A stretch of DNA of 64,000 nt from the NCBI GenBank assembly GCA_002414225.1, contig DHYV01000042.1, forward strand, positions 20,878 through 84,877, read 5' to 3'. Made by a program: the position numbers and the translations under genes. This DNA is from Desulfobulbaceae bacterium UBA5121. Its GTDB lineage: Bacteria; Desulfobacterota; Desulfobulbia; Desulfobulbales; UBA5123. Positions 38,241 to 47,830 of the stretch are shown here, piece by piece. The notes below the pieces were generated by a model, which was given only the letters and a program-made list of their open reading frames with translations, searched no databases and was not told the origin of the DNA. Every line of letters begins with the position of its first letter. Within the stretch, counting starts at the first letter, position 1.

Positions 38241-38333
38241 TCAGCGGACGGGGAGCGGCTGCGCCATCTCCGCGTTCACCATTTCGGCCTCCGGCAGGGC
38301 CAAAAAGCTCCGCAGATCCTTGATAATTTTCAT
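38241..38333 (-). CDS. Candidate small ORF (30 aa, MKIIKDLRSFLALPEAEMVNAEMAQPLPVR)
   Basis: ATG at 38333 preceded by AAGGGA. Below the ORF-track length cut-off and unverified. Confidence 0.2.
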   Translation of the reverse strand: MKIIKDLRSFLALPEAEMVNAEMAQPLPVR

Positions 38334-38395
38334 ACCGTTCCCTTTTCCCGTTTATTCATGTGTGGTAAATATGCAAAAATGAATATCCAAATGGA

Positions 38396-38650
38396 TCAGC
38401 CGCCGAGAAAAAGACGGTGATACTCGCCCTCAGCGAGATACTTGCCCATCAGGCGGGTCAGCAGGTCGAGCAGCTCCGCCACTTCGGCATCGTCGAGGCG
38501 GGGGATAAGGGTTTCGAGAAGCGCGTCGCTGGTGGCCCGCTGGAGAAATATCGCCAGCGACTGTTCATCCAGCTGCCGGTTGAGACCGAAACAGATAGCC
38601 GAGGCCGGCTGCGCCGCCTGACTGTGGGTACGGGACGCCATTACCATCAA
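38396..38650 (-). CDS. Hypothetical protein, about 84 aa
   Basis: ORF only. Start ambiguous (38653 TTG, 38650 or 38641 ATG). Confidence 0.4.
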   Translation of the reverse strand: MMVMASRTHSQAAQPASAICFGLNRQLDEQSLAIFLQRATSDALLETLIPRLDDAEVAELLDLLTRLMGKYLAEGEYHRLFLGG

Positions 38651-38673
38651 CACCTTGCGATAGATTCTACTTC

Positions 38674-39396
38674 ATGAGTACAGCCACCATCCAGAGCGGC
38701 TGGCAGTCCGACGAATCAGGGTACGACATAACCAGTTCGCCGGAGATCATCCAGCAGACCCTGACCATGCTGAAAAGCAAGCGGATGTTTCTCATCCTGC
38801 TCCACAAGGGCTATCAGTCAGGGAGCACCGTTCTCGTCAACCGCACCGACCGCCACCTGCTCATCGACAAGCCGGTGGACTGGCCCGGCAAGGAAACGGT
38901 GATCCGGGTGGTCTTCCGGGATCCGGCCAAGCTGTGGAACCATTTTACCGTCAAGGTAGTGGGCGTCAAGGAGGACCTGCTCTACACCACCCTGCCGTTG
39001 AAGCTTTTCCGCCTCCAGCGCCGAGCCCACTTCAGGGTGGAAACCCCGCGCGACAGCCGGGTTTCCTTCCTCCACAAGGGCATACCCTGCGCGGAACTCG
39101 AGGTGTTCGACATCAGCGCCGGCGGCATGCAGGCATGCAGCCCGCACCGCCTGCCGCTTACCGGCGAGCGCGACCCCATCACCAACATCACCATCGACCT
39201 GCCGGCTTCCATGGACGTCGGCGACACCACCCTCTCCATCCGCAAGGGCGAGGTGGTACGCATCGCCCACAACGAGGAAAAGAACTACTACTGTTACGGC
39301 ATCACCTTTTCCTACACCCAAAACGAAGAAGAGCTGCTCCTCCGCTACGTCCGCCAGCGGGAGCTGGAGCTGTTGCGCTCGGGCCTGTCGATCTAG
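38674..39396 (+). CDS. PilZ-domain c-di-GMP receptor (YcgR-like architecture)
   Basis: QRRAHFRV (RxxxR) and DISAGGM (D/NxSxxG) motifs after a YcgR-N-like domain. Confidence 0.75.
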   Translation: MSTATIQSGWQSDESGYDITSSPEIIQQTLTMLKSKRMFLILLHKGYQSGSTVLVNRTDRHLLIDKPVDWPGKETVIRVVFRDPAKLWNHFTVKVVGVKEDLLYTTLPLKLFRLQRRAHFRVETPRDSRVSFLHKGIPCAELEVFDISAGGMQACSPHRLPLTGERDPITNITIDLPASMDVGDTTLSIRKGEVVRIAHNEEKNYYCYGITFSYTQNEEELLLRYVRQRELELLRSGLSI

Positions 39397-39489
39397 CGAG
39401 GAGCCGCGGAAAACCTCACTTTCTTCACGACACCCGCAACCGCGGGATCGACGCTCCGATGGCCTTCTCTGGGCAAAGGGAGAAGCACC

Positions 39490-39885
39490 CTAGGCAAGAA
39501 ACCGCCAGCGCACCTTGCGCTGCCGCGGGCCGTCGAACTCGCAAAAAAAGATCTTCTGCCAGGTTCCCAGGCTAAGCCGACCGGCCTCGACCAGCACGGT
39601 CACCGAACTGCCGCAGAGGGTGGCCATGAGATGGGCCGGCGAATTGCCTTCCAGATGCTGGTAGGCAAGATCCATGGGCACCATGCGGCGCAGGGCGGCG
39701 ATGAGATCGGCCCGCACCGCCGGGTCGGCCCCCTCGTTGATGGTGAGCCCCGCCGTGGTATGGGGGTTAAAGAGATAACAGATGCCATCCGTCACCCCGG
39801 CGGTGGCCAGTTCCCGTTGCAGCCGGTCGGAGATGTCCACCAGTTCCATGGTCCGATTGGTTTGCACCGTAAACGTTCCCTGCAT
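39490..39885 (-). CDS. YjbQ/UPF0047 family protein (secondary thiamine-phosphate synthase-like)
   Basis: HTTAGLTINEGADP...HLEGNSPAHL motifs. ATG 39885 chosen. Confidence 0.7.
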   Translation of the reverse strand: MQGTFTVQTNRTMELVDISDRLQRELATAGVTDGICYLFNPHTTAGLTINEGADPAVRADLIAALRRMVPMDLAYQHLEGNSPAHLMATLCGSSVTVLVEAGRLSLGTWQKIFFCEFDGPRQRKVRWRFLA

Positions 39886-40232
39886 CGTGCCCCTCCTTCG
39901 CAAAAAATCCAGCCCTCTTGCTGCCAAATGCCTGGGGTATCGACTGAATCCGGGCGGCTTCACCCGCGGGGCGCAGGCGCCCCAAAAGTCGCCCAGCTAT
40001 ATTTACATATTCAGCCCCGCTGTCAAACTGATTATGACCCGGCGCCGCGGTGCGGACGGGTGGCAAAAGCGGCGGAATGTGGTATAGAGCAGTGTGCTTG
40101 TACCTGCGGCTGGCGCCAGAAGGGCAACGGCGCGGGTTCCGGAGCGGTTGGCCAGTGCCGCCGGCGGAGAACCGGCTCCGCCGTTTTCCCACCGGCGGCC
40201 CGCCGAGACATTTTCCCGCAGGAGGTGTAACC

Positions 40233-40871
40233 ATGCTCGACGACGTTCTGCGACGATTGACTTGGCTCGGCCATGATGCCTTTCGTCTGACGGCCGGGCC
40301 GCTCACCATCTACTTCGACCCCTTCCGGCTGGCGGCCGGGGCGCCGGCCGCCGACCTCATCCTGGTGAGCCACGAGCACTACGACCACTGCTCGCCCGAG
40401 GATATCGTCAGGATCCAAAAGCCGGAGACGGTGATCGTCACCGAGCCCATGGCTGCGGCCAAACTCGGCGGCACCGTGAAAACCCTTGCCCCGGGGGAGC
40501 GCAGTGAGGTAAAGGGAGTCACCATCGAAGCGGTGGCCGCTTACAACACCAACAAAAAATTTCATCCCCGGGCCAACAACTGGCTGGGTTTCGTGGTGGA
40601 AGTGGGCGGGGTGCGCATCTACCACGCCGGCGACACCGACCACATTCCGGAGATGGCGAAGATCCGGGCGGACATCGCGCTGCTGCCGGTGGGCGGCACC
40701 TACACCATGACCACCGAGGAGGCGGTGGCCGCGGCACTTGCCATCAAACCGCAGGTGGCGGTCCCCATGCACTACGATACCTTGGTGGGGGACAGTGCCG
40801 ACGCCGATCGCTTCGTCGCCGGCCTGGCCGGCAAGGTCCGGGCAGTGCGGCTGCCCCGGGCGGAACCGTAA
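40233..40871 (+). CDS. MBL-fold metallo-hydrolase
   Basis: LTWLGHDAF...ILVSHEHYDH motif. GGAGG RBS before ATG 40233. Confidence 0.65.
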   Translation: MLDDVLRRLTWLGHDAFRLTAGPLTIYFDPFRLAAGAPAADLILVSHEHYDHCSPEDIVRIQKPETVIVTEPMAAAKLGGTVKTLAPGERSEVKGVTIEAVAAYNTNKKFHPRANNWLGFVVEVGGVRIYHAGDTDHIPEMAKIRADIALLPVGGTYTMTTEEAVAAALAIKPQVAVPMHYDTLVGDSADADRFVAGLAGKVRAVRLPRAEP

Positions 40872-40968
40872 AACGCAAATCGGCGGGCCGACGCGGCAAA
40901 TGCTTCTGCCTCTGCCCGTTTTTCCTGCAATCGCGCGCCTGGCGCCCAACCCGATCCCGGCAACCCCC

Positions 40969-41673
40969 ATGAGCTACTACCCCATCTGCCTCGACATCAC
41001 CGACCGCCACTGCATCGTTATCGGCGGCGGCAGGGTTGCGGCCCGCAAGGCCCAGGGTCTGTTGGCCCATGGGGCCCGGGTGACGGTGATCAGCCCCCAA
41101 CTCGACGGCGAACTCGCCCCTCTCGCCGAGGCGGGCCGCCTGGCCTGGCGGGCCCGGCCTTACCGCAAGGGCGACCTTGCCGATGCCTTCCTGGTCATCG
41201 CCGCCACCGACGATCCCGCAGTCCAGGAACGAATCCACGCCGAGGCCGAGGCAGGTAATATCCTGCTCAACGTTGCCGACGTGCCCAAGTGGTGCAACTT
41301 CATCCTGCCGGCCGCGGTCCGCCGCGGCGACTTCAGCCTCGCGGTCTCCACCGGCGGCAAGAGTCCGGCCCTGGCCAAACAGCTCCGCGAAGAGCTCGAA
41401 ACCCAGTTCGGCGAGGAGTATGCCACCCTGCTCGTCGTGCTGGGCGCCCTGCGGCCCCTGGTACTCGCCCAGGGCCGGCCCCACTCCGACAACAAACTCG
41501 TCTTCGCTCGCCTCCTGCACCCCGACATGCCGTCCTGGCTCCGCGCCAACCGCTGGGACAAGCTCATCGGCCACTTCCGCAGCGTGCTCGGCGACGAGGT
41601 TTCCCTTGACTGCCTGACCGCCATTCAGGCACAATGCACCCCTCCTTCAGCCGGGAGCGTTCCCCATGAATGA
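40969..41673 (+). CDS. Precorrin-2 dehydrogenase / sirohydrochlorin ferrochelatase (SirC/CysG N-terminal type)
   Basis: YPICLDITDRHCIVIGGGRVAARKAQGLL Rossmann N-terminus and ...VADVPKWCNFILPA.... Confidence 0.7.
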   Translation: MSYYPICLDITDRHCIVIGGGRVAARKAQGLLAHGARVTVISPQLDGELAPLAEAGRLAWRARPYRKGDLADAFLVIAATDDPAVQERIHAEAEAGNILLNVADVPKWCNFILPAAVRRGDFSLAVSTGGKSPALAKQLREELETQFGEEYATLLVVLGALRPLVLAQGRPHSDNKLVFARLLHPDMPSWLRANRWDKLIGHFRSVLGDEVSLDCLTAIQAQCTPPSAGSVPHE

Positions 41674-42484
41674 TCCGCTCTTCCTCGGAACCCTGACCCT
41701 CTATGCGGTGACCACAGCCGTCTATCTGGTCTTTTTCATCCGCCAGACCAAGCGGCTGCGCGACACGGCCCGCACCTTCCTGCTGGTGGCCGGCGTCGTG
41801 CACACCGTCTGCATTGCGGTGCGGTACTTCAAGGCAGGCCACACGCCGCTCACCAGCATGCACGAGACGATTTCCTTCTTCGCCTGGTCCATGACCTGGG
41901 CCTTCCTCTCCTTCCGCTGGCGGTACGAGGTAAAGAACTTCGGCGCCTTTGTCAGCCCGCTGATCACCGGCCTGATGGTGCTGGCCGCCCTCGCCTCCAA
42001 CGAGATCCACGAACTGCAGCCGGCGCTGCAAAGCAGCTGGCTGCCGGTACACGCCTCGCTTGCCATCATGGCCAACGGCTTTCTGGCCCTGGCCTTCTGC
42101 GGCGGGCTGATGTACCTGCGCCAGGAACGCGAGATCAAGTACAAGCACTTCGGCTTCTTTTACAGCCGCCTGCCGTCGCTCGAGGCCCTCGACAACTTGA
42201 ACTACCACTCGGTGGTGATCGGCTTCTGCCTGCTCACCGTGGGGATCATCACCGGTTCGCTCTGGGCCAAGCAGGCATGGGGCGCATACTGGCAGTGGGA
42301 TCCCAAGGAAACCTGGTCGTTGATCACCTGGCTCATCTACGCCGCCCTCCTCCACCAGCGGCTCACCGTGGGCTGGCGGCGGCGACGGGCGGCGATCATG
42401 GCCATCATCGGCTTCAGCGCTGCCATGTTCACCCTCTGGGGGGTGTCGTACCTGTTGGAGGGGGTCCATTCCTATGTGGGCTGA
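41666..42484 (+). CDS. CcsA-family cytochrome c assembly / HemX-like membrane protein
   Basis: WGAYWQWDPKETWSLITW tryptophan-rich motif. Overlaps both neighbours, consistent with an operon with hemA. Confidence 0.65.
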   Translation: MNDPLFLGTLTLYAVTTAVYLVFFIRQTKRLRDTARTFLLVAGVVHTVCIAVRYFKAGHTPLTSMHETISFFAWSMTWAFLSFRWRYEVKNFGAFVSPLITGLMVLAALASNEIHELQPALQSSWLPVHASLAIMANGFLALAFCGGLMYLRQEREIKYKHFGFFYSRLPSLEALDNLNYHSVVIGFCLLTVGIITGSLWAKQAWGAYWQWDPKETWSLITWLIYAALLHQRLTVGWRRRRAAIMAIIGFSAAMFTLWGVSYLLEGVHSYVG

Positions 42485-43784
42485 TGCCATCATGGCCATG
42501 GGGGTCAACCACAAGACCGCCCCGGTCGAAATCCGCGAAAAACTCACCTTTTCCGGCGACTGCCAGGCCACCGTCCGACAGCTCAAGGAGATTCCGGGCT
42601 GCGACGAGTGCTACTTCCTCTCCACCTGCAACCGGGTGGAAATCCTCTTCGTAAGCCGCGACCAGGAGAACACCGCCCGGGCGGTGCGGGATTTCCTGTT
42701 CAGCGCCGCGAACCTCAGCGATGCCGAGATCGGCCGCTATAGCTACTTCTACCAGGGCGAGCCGGCCATCGACCACCTCTTCCGGGTGTCGGCGAGCCTC
42801 GACTCGATGATCGTCGGCGAGCCGCAAATCCTGGGACAGCTCAAGCAGGCATACCGTGACGCCACGGAACAGAACTCCACCGGCACTATCCTGAACCGCC
42901 TTCTCCACAAGGCATTCTCGGTGGCCAAACGGGTACGCACCGAAACCAACATCGGCGGCGGCGCCGCCTCGATCAGCTTTGCCGCCGTGCAGCTGGCCCG
43001 CAAGATCTTCGGCGAACTCAAGGGCAAGCGGGTGATGCTGATCGGCGCTGGAGAGATGGCGGAACTCGCCGCCGAACATCTGGTCACCCAGGGGATCGAC
43101 CACGTCACGGTAGCAAACCGGACCCTCGAACGGGCCGCCAACCTGGCCCGCAACTTCAACGGCAGCGCCATTTCTCTCGCCGAGGTGGTGGGCAAGCTTG
43201 AGGAGGTGGACATCGTCATCAGCTCCACCGGCGCCACCGACCTCATCCTGCGCCGCGACGACGTCAAGCCCCTGATGCGCCAACGCCGCAACCGGCCGCT
43301 CTTTCTCATCGACATCGCCGTGCCCCGCGACCTCGACCCCAAATTGAACGACCTCGAGAATATCTACCTCTACGACATCGACGATCTCAAAAACGTCGTC
43401 GAGGTCAACAAAAGCGAACGCGCCAAGGAGGCGGCCAGCGCGGAGCGCATCGTCGAGGAGGAGGTACTCAAATTCCAGCAGTGGCTTGAGAACATGGAGG
43501 TTGCCCCCACCATCACCGCCATCCGCCAGAAGGGCGAGACGATCAAGAACCAGGAACTCGCCAAGACCCTGGCCACCCTCGACCACCTGTCGGCCAAGGA
43601 AAAAAAAGCGGTGGAGGCCCTCGCCGCTTCCATCGTCAACAAGATGCTCCACGACCCGATGCTGAGCCTGAAGACCAACTGCCGGCCCGAGGAAAAACGC
43701 CAGAAGCTCGCCCTCACCCGCCAGCTCTTCAACCTGGACCAGACGGTCGGGGCACCACCGCCGGCCCGCGACGCCGGCGGCTGA
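42474..43784 (+). CDS. hemA: Glutamyl-tRNA reductase
   Basis: GVNHKTAPVEIREK...STCNRVE...GEPQILGQ...GAGEMAEL. Confidence 0.9.
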   Translation: MWADAIMAMGVNHKTAPVEIREKLTFSGDCQATVRQLKEIPGCDECYFLSTCNRVEILFVSRDQENTARAVRDFLFSAANLSDAEIGRYSYFYQGEPAIDHLFRVSASLDSMIVGEPQILGQLKQAYRDATEQNSTGTILNRLLHKAFSVAKRVRTETNIGGGAASISFAAVQLARKIFGELKGKRVMLIGAGEMAELAAEHLVTQGIDHVTVANRTLERAANLARNFNGSAISLAEVVGKLEEVDIVISSTGATDLILRRDDVKPLMRQRRNRPLFLIDIAVPRDLDPKLNDLENIYLYDIDDLKNVVEVNKSERAKEAASAERIVEEEVLKFQQWLENMEVAPTITAIRQKGETIKNQELAKTLATLDHLSAKEKKAVEALAASIVNKMLHDPMLSLKTNCRPEEKRQKLALTRQLFNLDQTVGAPPPARDAGG

Positions 43785-43828
43785 CCAACGGCCTCCCCCC
43801 GACCTTCCGGCCGCAGCCGGAAATTTGT

Positions 43829-43858
43829 TTGACAGAGGATGCTGGATATGGTTAGTAT
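43829..43858 (+). promoter_or_regulatory. Candidate sigma70 promoter for rpmH-rnpA
   Basis: Perfect TTGACA (43829-43834), 18-nt spacer, TAGTAT (43853-43858). Confidence 0.5.
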
Positions 43859-44012
43859 GCCGAGTTCATAAATGCTTATCGGACCGGCGGCGGCCGCCTT
43901 TCATTCTCCCACCCATCGAAGTCGAGGGGCCCGCGCCGTTTATTTTTTTTGAAGCAACACGCCAAAACACGGGCCATGGCGCCCGCGGCACAGCCCAGAC
44001 GAGGACACCACC

Positions 44013-44150
44013 ATGAGCAAACGTACTTTTCAGCCCAGCAATCTCAAACGCGCCCACAAGCACGGCTTCCGCGCCCGCATGAAGACCAAGTCCGGCCAGG
44101 CCGTCATCAACCGCCGCCGGGCTCGCGGCCGGGTGCGCCTCTCTGCCTAA
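44013..44150 (+). CDS. rpmH: 50S ribosomal protein L34
   Basis: [45 protein letters not shown] (45 aa). Missed by the ORF track because it is under 60 aa. Confidence 0.95.
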   Translation: MSKRTFQPSNLKRAHKHGFRARMKTKSGQAVINRRRARGRVRLSA

Positions 44151-44208
44151 CCGGACCGGCGGCCTGCCGGCCGCCTGCACCACGCCCCGGCACTGCATCT
44201 GCGAGCGC

Positions 44209-44565
44209 ATGAAGCCCTTTGCCCTGCCCAAGTCCGACCTGCTCACCAAACCCTGGGAGTACGAAGCGGTCTACCGGCGGGGCAATCGGCTGCGGGGCAA
44301 ACAGTTCAGCCTGATCTGCCTGTCCGTCGCCGGGCCGGCCAACAGGCTGGGCATTAGCATCCACGGCATCAAAGGGGCCGTGAAACGGAACAGGATCAAA
44401 CGGATTATCAGGGAGTTTTACCGGCTCAACCGGGCCGTCCTGCCAGCGGCCACGGACATGGTACTCACCGTCCGAAACGGTTTCAGGCCGGATTCGCCCG
44501 ACGAGGTCAAGAAGGCGGTATTCGCACTGCTCAAGACGGCTGGCAGCCCTTCTCCTTCCCGTTAA
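44209..44565 (+). CDS. rnpA: Ribonuclease P protein component
   Basis: Position directly after rpmH, a basic protein, and the [15 protein letters not shown] (RNR) motif. Confidence 0.85.
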   Translation: MKPFALPKSDLLTKPWEYEAVYRRGNRLRGKQFSLICLSVAGPANRLGISIHGIKGAVKRNRIKRIIREFYRLNRAVLPAATDMVLTVRNGFRPDSPDEVKKAVFALLKTAGSPSPSR

Positions 44566-44782
44566 CGCTGCCATTCTCTCCACCCGGCACTCGGGCCGGC
44601 AATGCCCCTTCCGTCGGCATCACGCCGCTGCCGTCAGCCCTCTTGACGGCGCCCACACCGCCGCGGTTTCTTCCAGCCGCGCCTTGCCCCACAACTCTCT
44701 CCCTGGGCGAGGCGCACGCGCACGGTGGCCGGTCGCTTCTGACGCTCCGTTTCTTCCCGGCCCACACAGGGGATCGGTGATC

Positions 44783-45046
44783 ATGAAACAGCTCTGCCTC
44801 GCGCTGATCAGATTTTACCAGCTCTTCCTCTCTCCTCTTTTTCCGCCCAACTGCCGTTTCAGCCCCACCTGCTCACAGTACGCCATTGACGCCATCACCC
44901 TGCACGGCCTGGGCCGGGGGCTTCTGCTCAGTCTGCGCCGTTTGTTACGCTGCCAGCCCTTCTGCTGCGGCGGCCACGATCCGGTCCCGCCGGTAACCGT
45001 TGTCCGCCAGGAACCGGCCGCCAGGAACCAACCTACCACCACCTAA
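44783..45046 (+). CDS. yidD: Membrane protein insertion efficiency factor YidD
   Basis: [31 protein letters not shown]. Confidence 0.9.
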   Translation: MKQLCLALIRFYQLFLSPLFPPNCRFSPTCSQYAIDAITLHGLGRGLLLSLRRLLRCQPFCCGGHDPVPPVTVVRQEPAARNQPTTT

Positions 45047-45058
45047 GGGACCATCTCC

Positions 45059-46735
45059 ATGGAAACCAAGCGAGCATTAATCGCCATCATTATCTCGATG
45101 ATCATTCTGATCGCTTACCAGTATTTCGTGATGCCCAAACTCTCCCCGGAGCAGCAACAGGCCCAAGAAACGACGCAGACCACTCCCACGGCCGCCCCGG
45201 CGCCCTCTGCCGCCCCACCGGCCGCGGGGGCCACGCCGGTGGCCGCCGCCGAGCCGGCGGCCACGGCAGCCGACACGGCGGCAACCCTTGCCGCCAGCCA
45301 CGATATCACTGTTGATACCGGCCTCTACCGGGCGGTTTTTTCCGAGGCCGGCGGCGGGTTAAGGAGCTTCACCCTTAAGAAGTACCGCCAGGAACTCGCC
45401 GCCGACTCACCACCCGTTGAGCTAATCACCACCAAACAGCCGGCTCGGCTCCCGCTCTTCTTCTCCTGGGGGGTGAAGCCCGAAGAGGCACGGGTGCCGC
45501 TCCTCGTCGCCGACCACACGGCCCTCACCACCAACGGCCAGGGCGACAAGGTGCTCACCATGCAGGGCGCCCTTCCTTCAGGGCTCGTCATTACCCGGAC
45601 CCTGACCTTTTCCGACCAGGACTACCGGATTCGGCTGGCCATTGACGTCCACAACACCTCGGACCACCCCCTCACGGGGGCGCCGTATTTAAGCATGGTC
45701 AACCGTCAGCCCACCACCCCGCACAGCAGCCGTGTCTTCACCGGTGGTGCCGCCCTGGTCGATGGCTCGCTCACCGAGGTCAAATCCAAAGATCTGGCAG
45801 AAGCACCCAAGACCCTCACCGGTTCCATCAGCTGGGCCGCCTTTGAGACCACCTACTTCATGACCGGCGTCATCCCGGCCTCGCCCGCCGGCGCCACCCT
45901 GCTGCTGAGCGGCGACAAGGCGGAAACCGAGGTCACCACCGTGCTCTCCCAGACGGCAACGGCTATCCAGCCCCAGGCCCATCAACGCTACGAGTATACC
46001 GTTTTCTTCGGCCCCAAGCAGCTCGCGACCCTCAAGGCCGCGGACCACGACCTGGCCAAGATCGTTAACTTCGGCTGGTTCGACATCATGGCCAAGCCGA
46101 CCCTCTACCTCCTGAACTTCCTCGACCGCTACGTCCACAACTACGGCTGGGCCATTATCCTGGTAACCATCATTATCAAACTGCTCTTCTGGCCCATCTC
46201 CCACAAGGGGATGAAATCCATGAAGACCATGCAAAAGATTCAACCCAAGATGGCCAAGCTGCGCGAGAAGTACAAGGATGATCAGCAGCGGCTCAACCAG
46301 GAAATGATGAAGCTCTACCAGACCTACAAGATCAACCCCCTGGGCGGCTGTCTGCCCATGCTGTTGCAAATCCCCGTTTTCTTCGCCCTTTACAAGGTGC
46401 TCCTCCAGACCATCGAACTGCGCCATGCGCCGTTTATGCTCTGGATTACCGATCTTTCGGCCCCGGACCGGTTGATGATCGGCTTCCACATTCCGTATCT
46501 GGGCGGCATTCCGGTGCTGACGCTCCTCATGGGAGCGAGCATGTTCCTGCAGCAGAAGATGACCCCCACCTCGGCCGACCCCACCCAGGCGAAGATGATG
46601 CTCTTCCTGCCGGTGGTCTTCACCTTCATGTTCCTCAACTTCGCCTCGGGCCTGGTGCTGTACTGGTTCCTCAACAACCTGCTGTCCATCCTCCAGCAGT
46701 ACATCATCAACCGCCAGACCGCCGCCGAGGCATGA
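45059..46735 (+). CDS. yidC: Membrane protein insertase YidC
   Basis: N-terminal TM segment, periplasmic domain, and conserved C-terminal core (GWAIILVTIIIKLLFWPI...GGCLPMLLQIPVFFALY). Confidence 0.9.
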   Translation: METKRALIAIIISMIILIAYQYFVMPKLSPEQQQAQETTQTTPTAAPAPSAAPPAAGATPVAAAEPAATAADTAATLAASHDITVDTGLYRAVFSEAGGGLRSFTLKKYRQELAADSPPVELITTKQPARLPLFFSWGVKPEEARVPLLVADHTALTTNGQGDKVLTMQGALPSGLVITRTLTFSDQDYRIRLAIDVHNTSDHPLTGAPYLSMVNRQPTTPHSSRVFTGGAALVDGSLTEVKSKDLAEAPKTLTGSISWAAFETTYFMTGVIPASPAGATLLLSGDKAETEVTTVLSQTATAIQPQAHQRYEYTVFFGPKQLATLKAADHDLAKIVNFGWFDIMAKPTLYLLNFLDRYVHNYGWAIILVTIIIKLLFWPISHKGMKSMKTMQKIQPKMAKLREKYKDDQQRLNQEMMKLYQTYKINPLGGCLPMLLQIPVFFALYKVLLQTIELRHAPFMLWITDLSAPDRLMIGFHIPYLGGIPVLTLLMGASMFLQQKMTPTSADPTQAKMMLFLPVVFTFMFLNFASGLVLYWFLNNLLSILQQYIINRQTAAEA

Positions 46736-46839
46736 AAAGATCGTCCCGCGCCGACGATCAATGTCCCTAAACGACGCCGGCCGGCAACCCGAGACAGTAA
46801 TACCGCCGGACGTCCCTGACCAGTTATGGAGGACCACTC

Positions 46840-47778
46840 GTGCCCCCCAAAATGGAATACCACGGCACCGATGTTGCCGAGGCGATCAAGAATGCCTGCG
46901 ACAAACTCAACGTCAGCCAGGACCAGCTCGACATCGAGGTAAAAGCCACCGGCTCGGCCGGCATCTTCGGCCTCTGCCGCCGCAAGGCGACCATCCTGGT
47001 TTCGCTTCGGGAAGAGGCCGGCGATCCGGGAACACCGACCCCGCCGGTCACCGCTGCGGCCATGGCACCGGCCACGGCCGAGGCAGCAAACGAAACGACG
47101 CCGACCCCGGCCCCGGGAAAGGAACGCGCCAAGCCCAGACCCAAGGCCAAACGGCAGGAGCCACCTCGGGCCAATGCCCCGGCGGCAACGCTGGCCGAGG
47201 CGGAACAACCGGCCGCCAAGCAGCCGGAACGCCCCCTGCCCCCCGAGGCTGAGGAAATGGTCCGCCAGGATCTCAATCATCTCCTCGAACTCGCCGGACT
47301 CCCCTCCACAGTGGCCGTAAGCCAGGAGGGAGGCAAGCTGCGGGCACACATCAGCGGCGACCATACCGACGAGGTGGTCGGTCCAGCGGGCCAGACCCTG
47401 GACGCCATCCAGTACCTGCTCCGCAAGATGGCGAGCAAGAAGTTCGCCGAAAAGGTGCAGCTCACCCTGGATGCGGGCGACTTCCGTGAATCCCGCCTGC
47501 AGGAACTCGAAGAAACCGCGGTGCGGCTTGCCGCCGAGGTACGCGATACCGGCAAAACACAGAGCATTCCGGCCTTGAACCCGGCCGAGCGCCGCATCGT
47601 CCACATGGCACTCCAGAACGACACCACCATCCGCAGCCGCAGTGTGGGCGAGGGTCTGTTCAAGAAGATCCTCATCTACTTGCCTGGCAAAGGCCGCCGG
47701 CGCGGCGGCAAGAGCAGCGCCGGCCGCGCCGGCAACAAGCCCCGCAGCGCCACCAGCGGCGAGCAGGACAACGAATAA
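46840..47778 (+). CDS. Jag/KhpB-type RNA-binding protein (Jag_N + KH + R3H)
   Basis: Jag_N-like N-terminus, a low-complexity linker, and the R3H motif NPAERRIVHMAL. Alternative ATG at 46852. Confidence 0.65.
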   Translation: MPPKMEYHGTDVAEAIKNACDKLNVSQDQLDIEVKATGSAGIFGLCRRKATILVSLREEAGDPGTPTPPVTAAAMAPATAEAANETTPTPAPGKERAKPRPKAKRQEPPRANAPAATLAEAEQPAAKQPERPLPPEAEEMVRQDLNHLLELAGLPSTVAVSQEGGKLRAHISGDHTDEVVGPAGQTLDAIQYLLRKMASKKFAEKVQLTLDAGDFRESRLQELEETAVRLAAEVRDTGKTQSIPALNPAERRIVHMALQNDTTIRSRSVGEGLFKKILIYLPGKGRRRGGKSSAGRAGNKPRSATSGEQDNE

Positions 47779-47830
47779 CCCCCGCTGCGGGGGCGGTGGA
47801 CCACCGCCGCCTCCCCCAAAACGAACCGGT

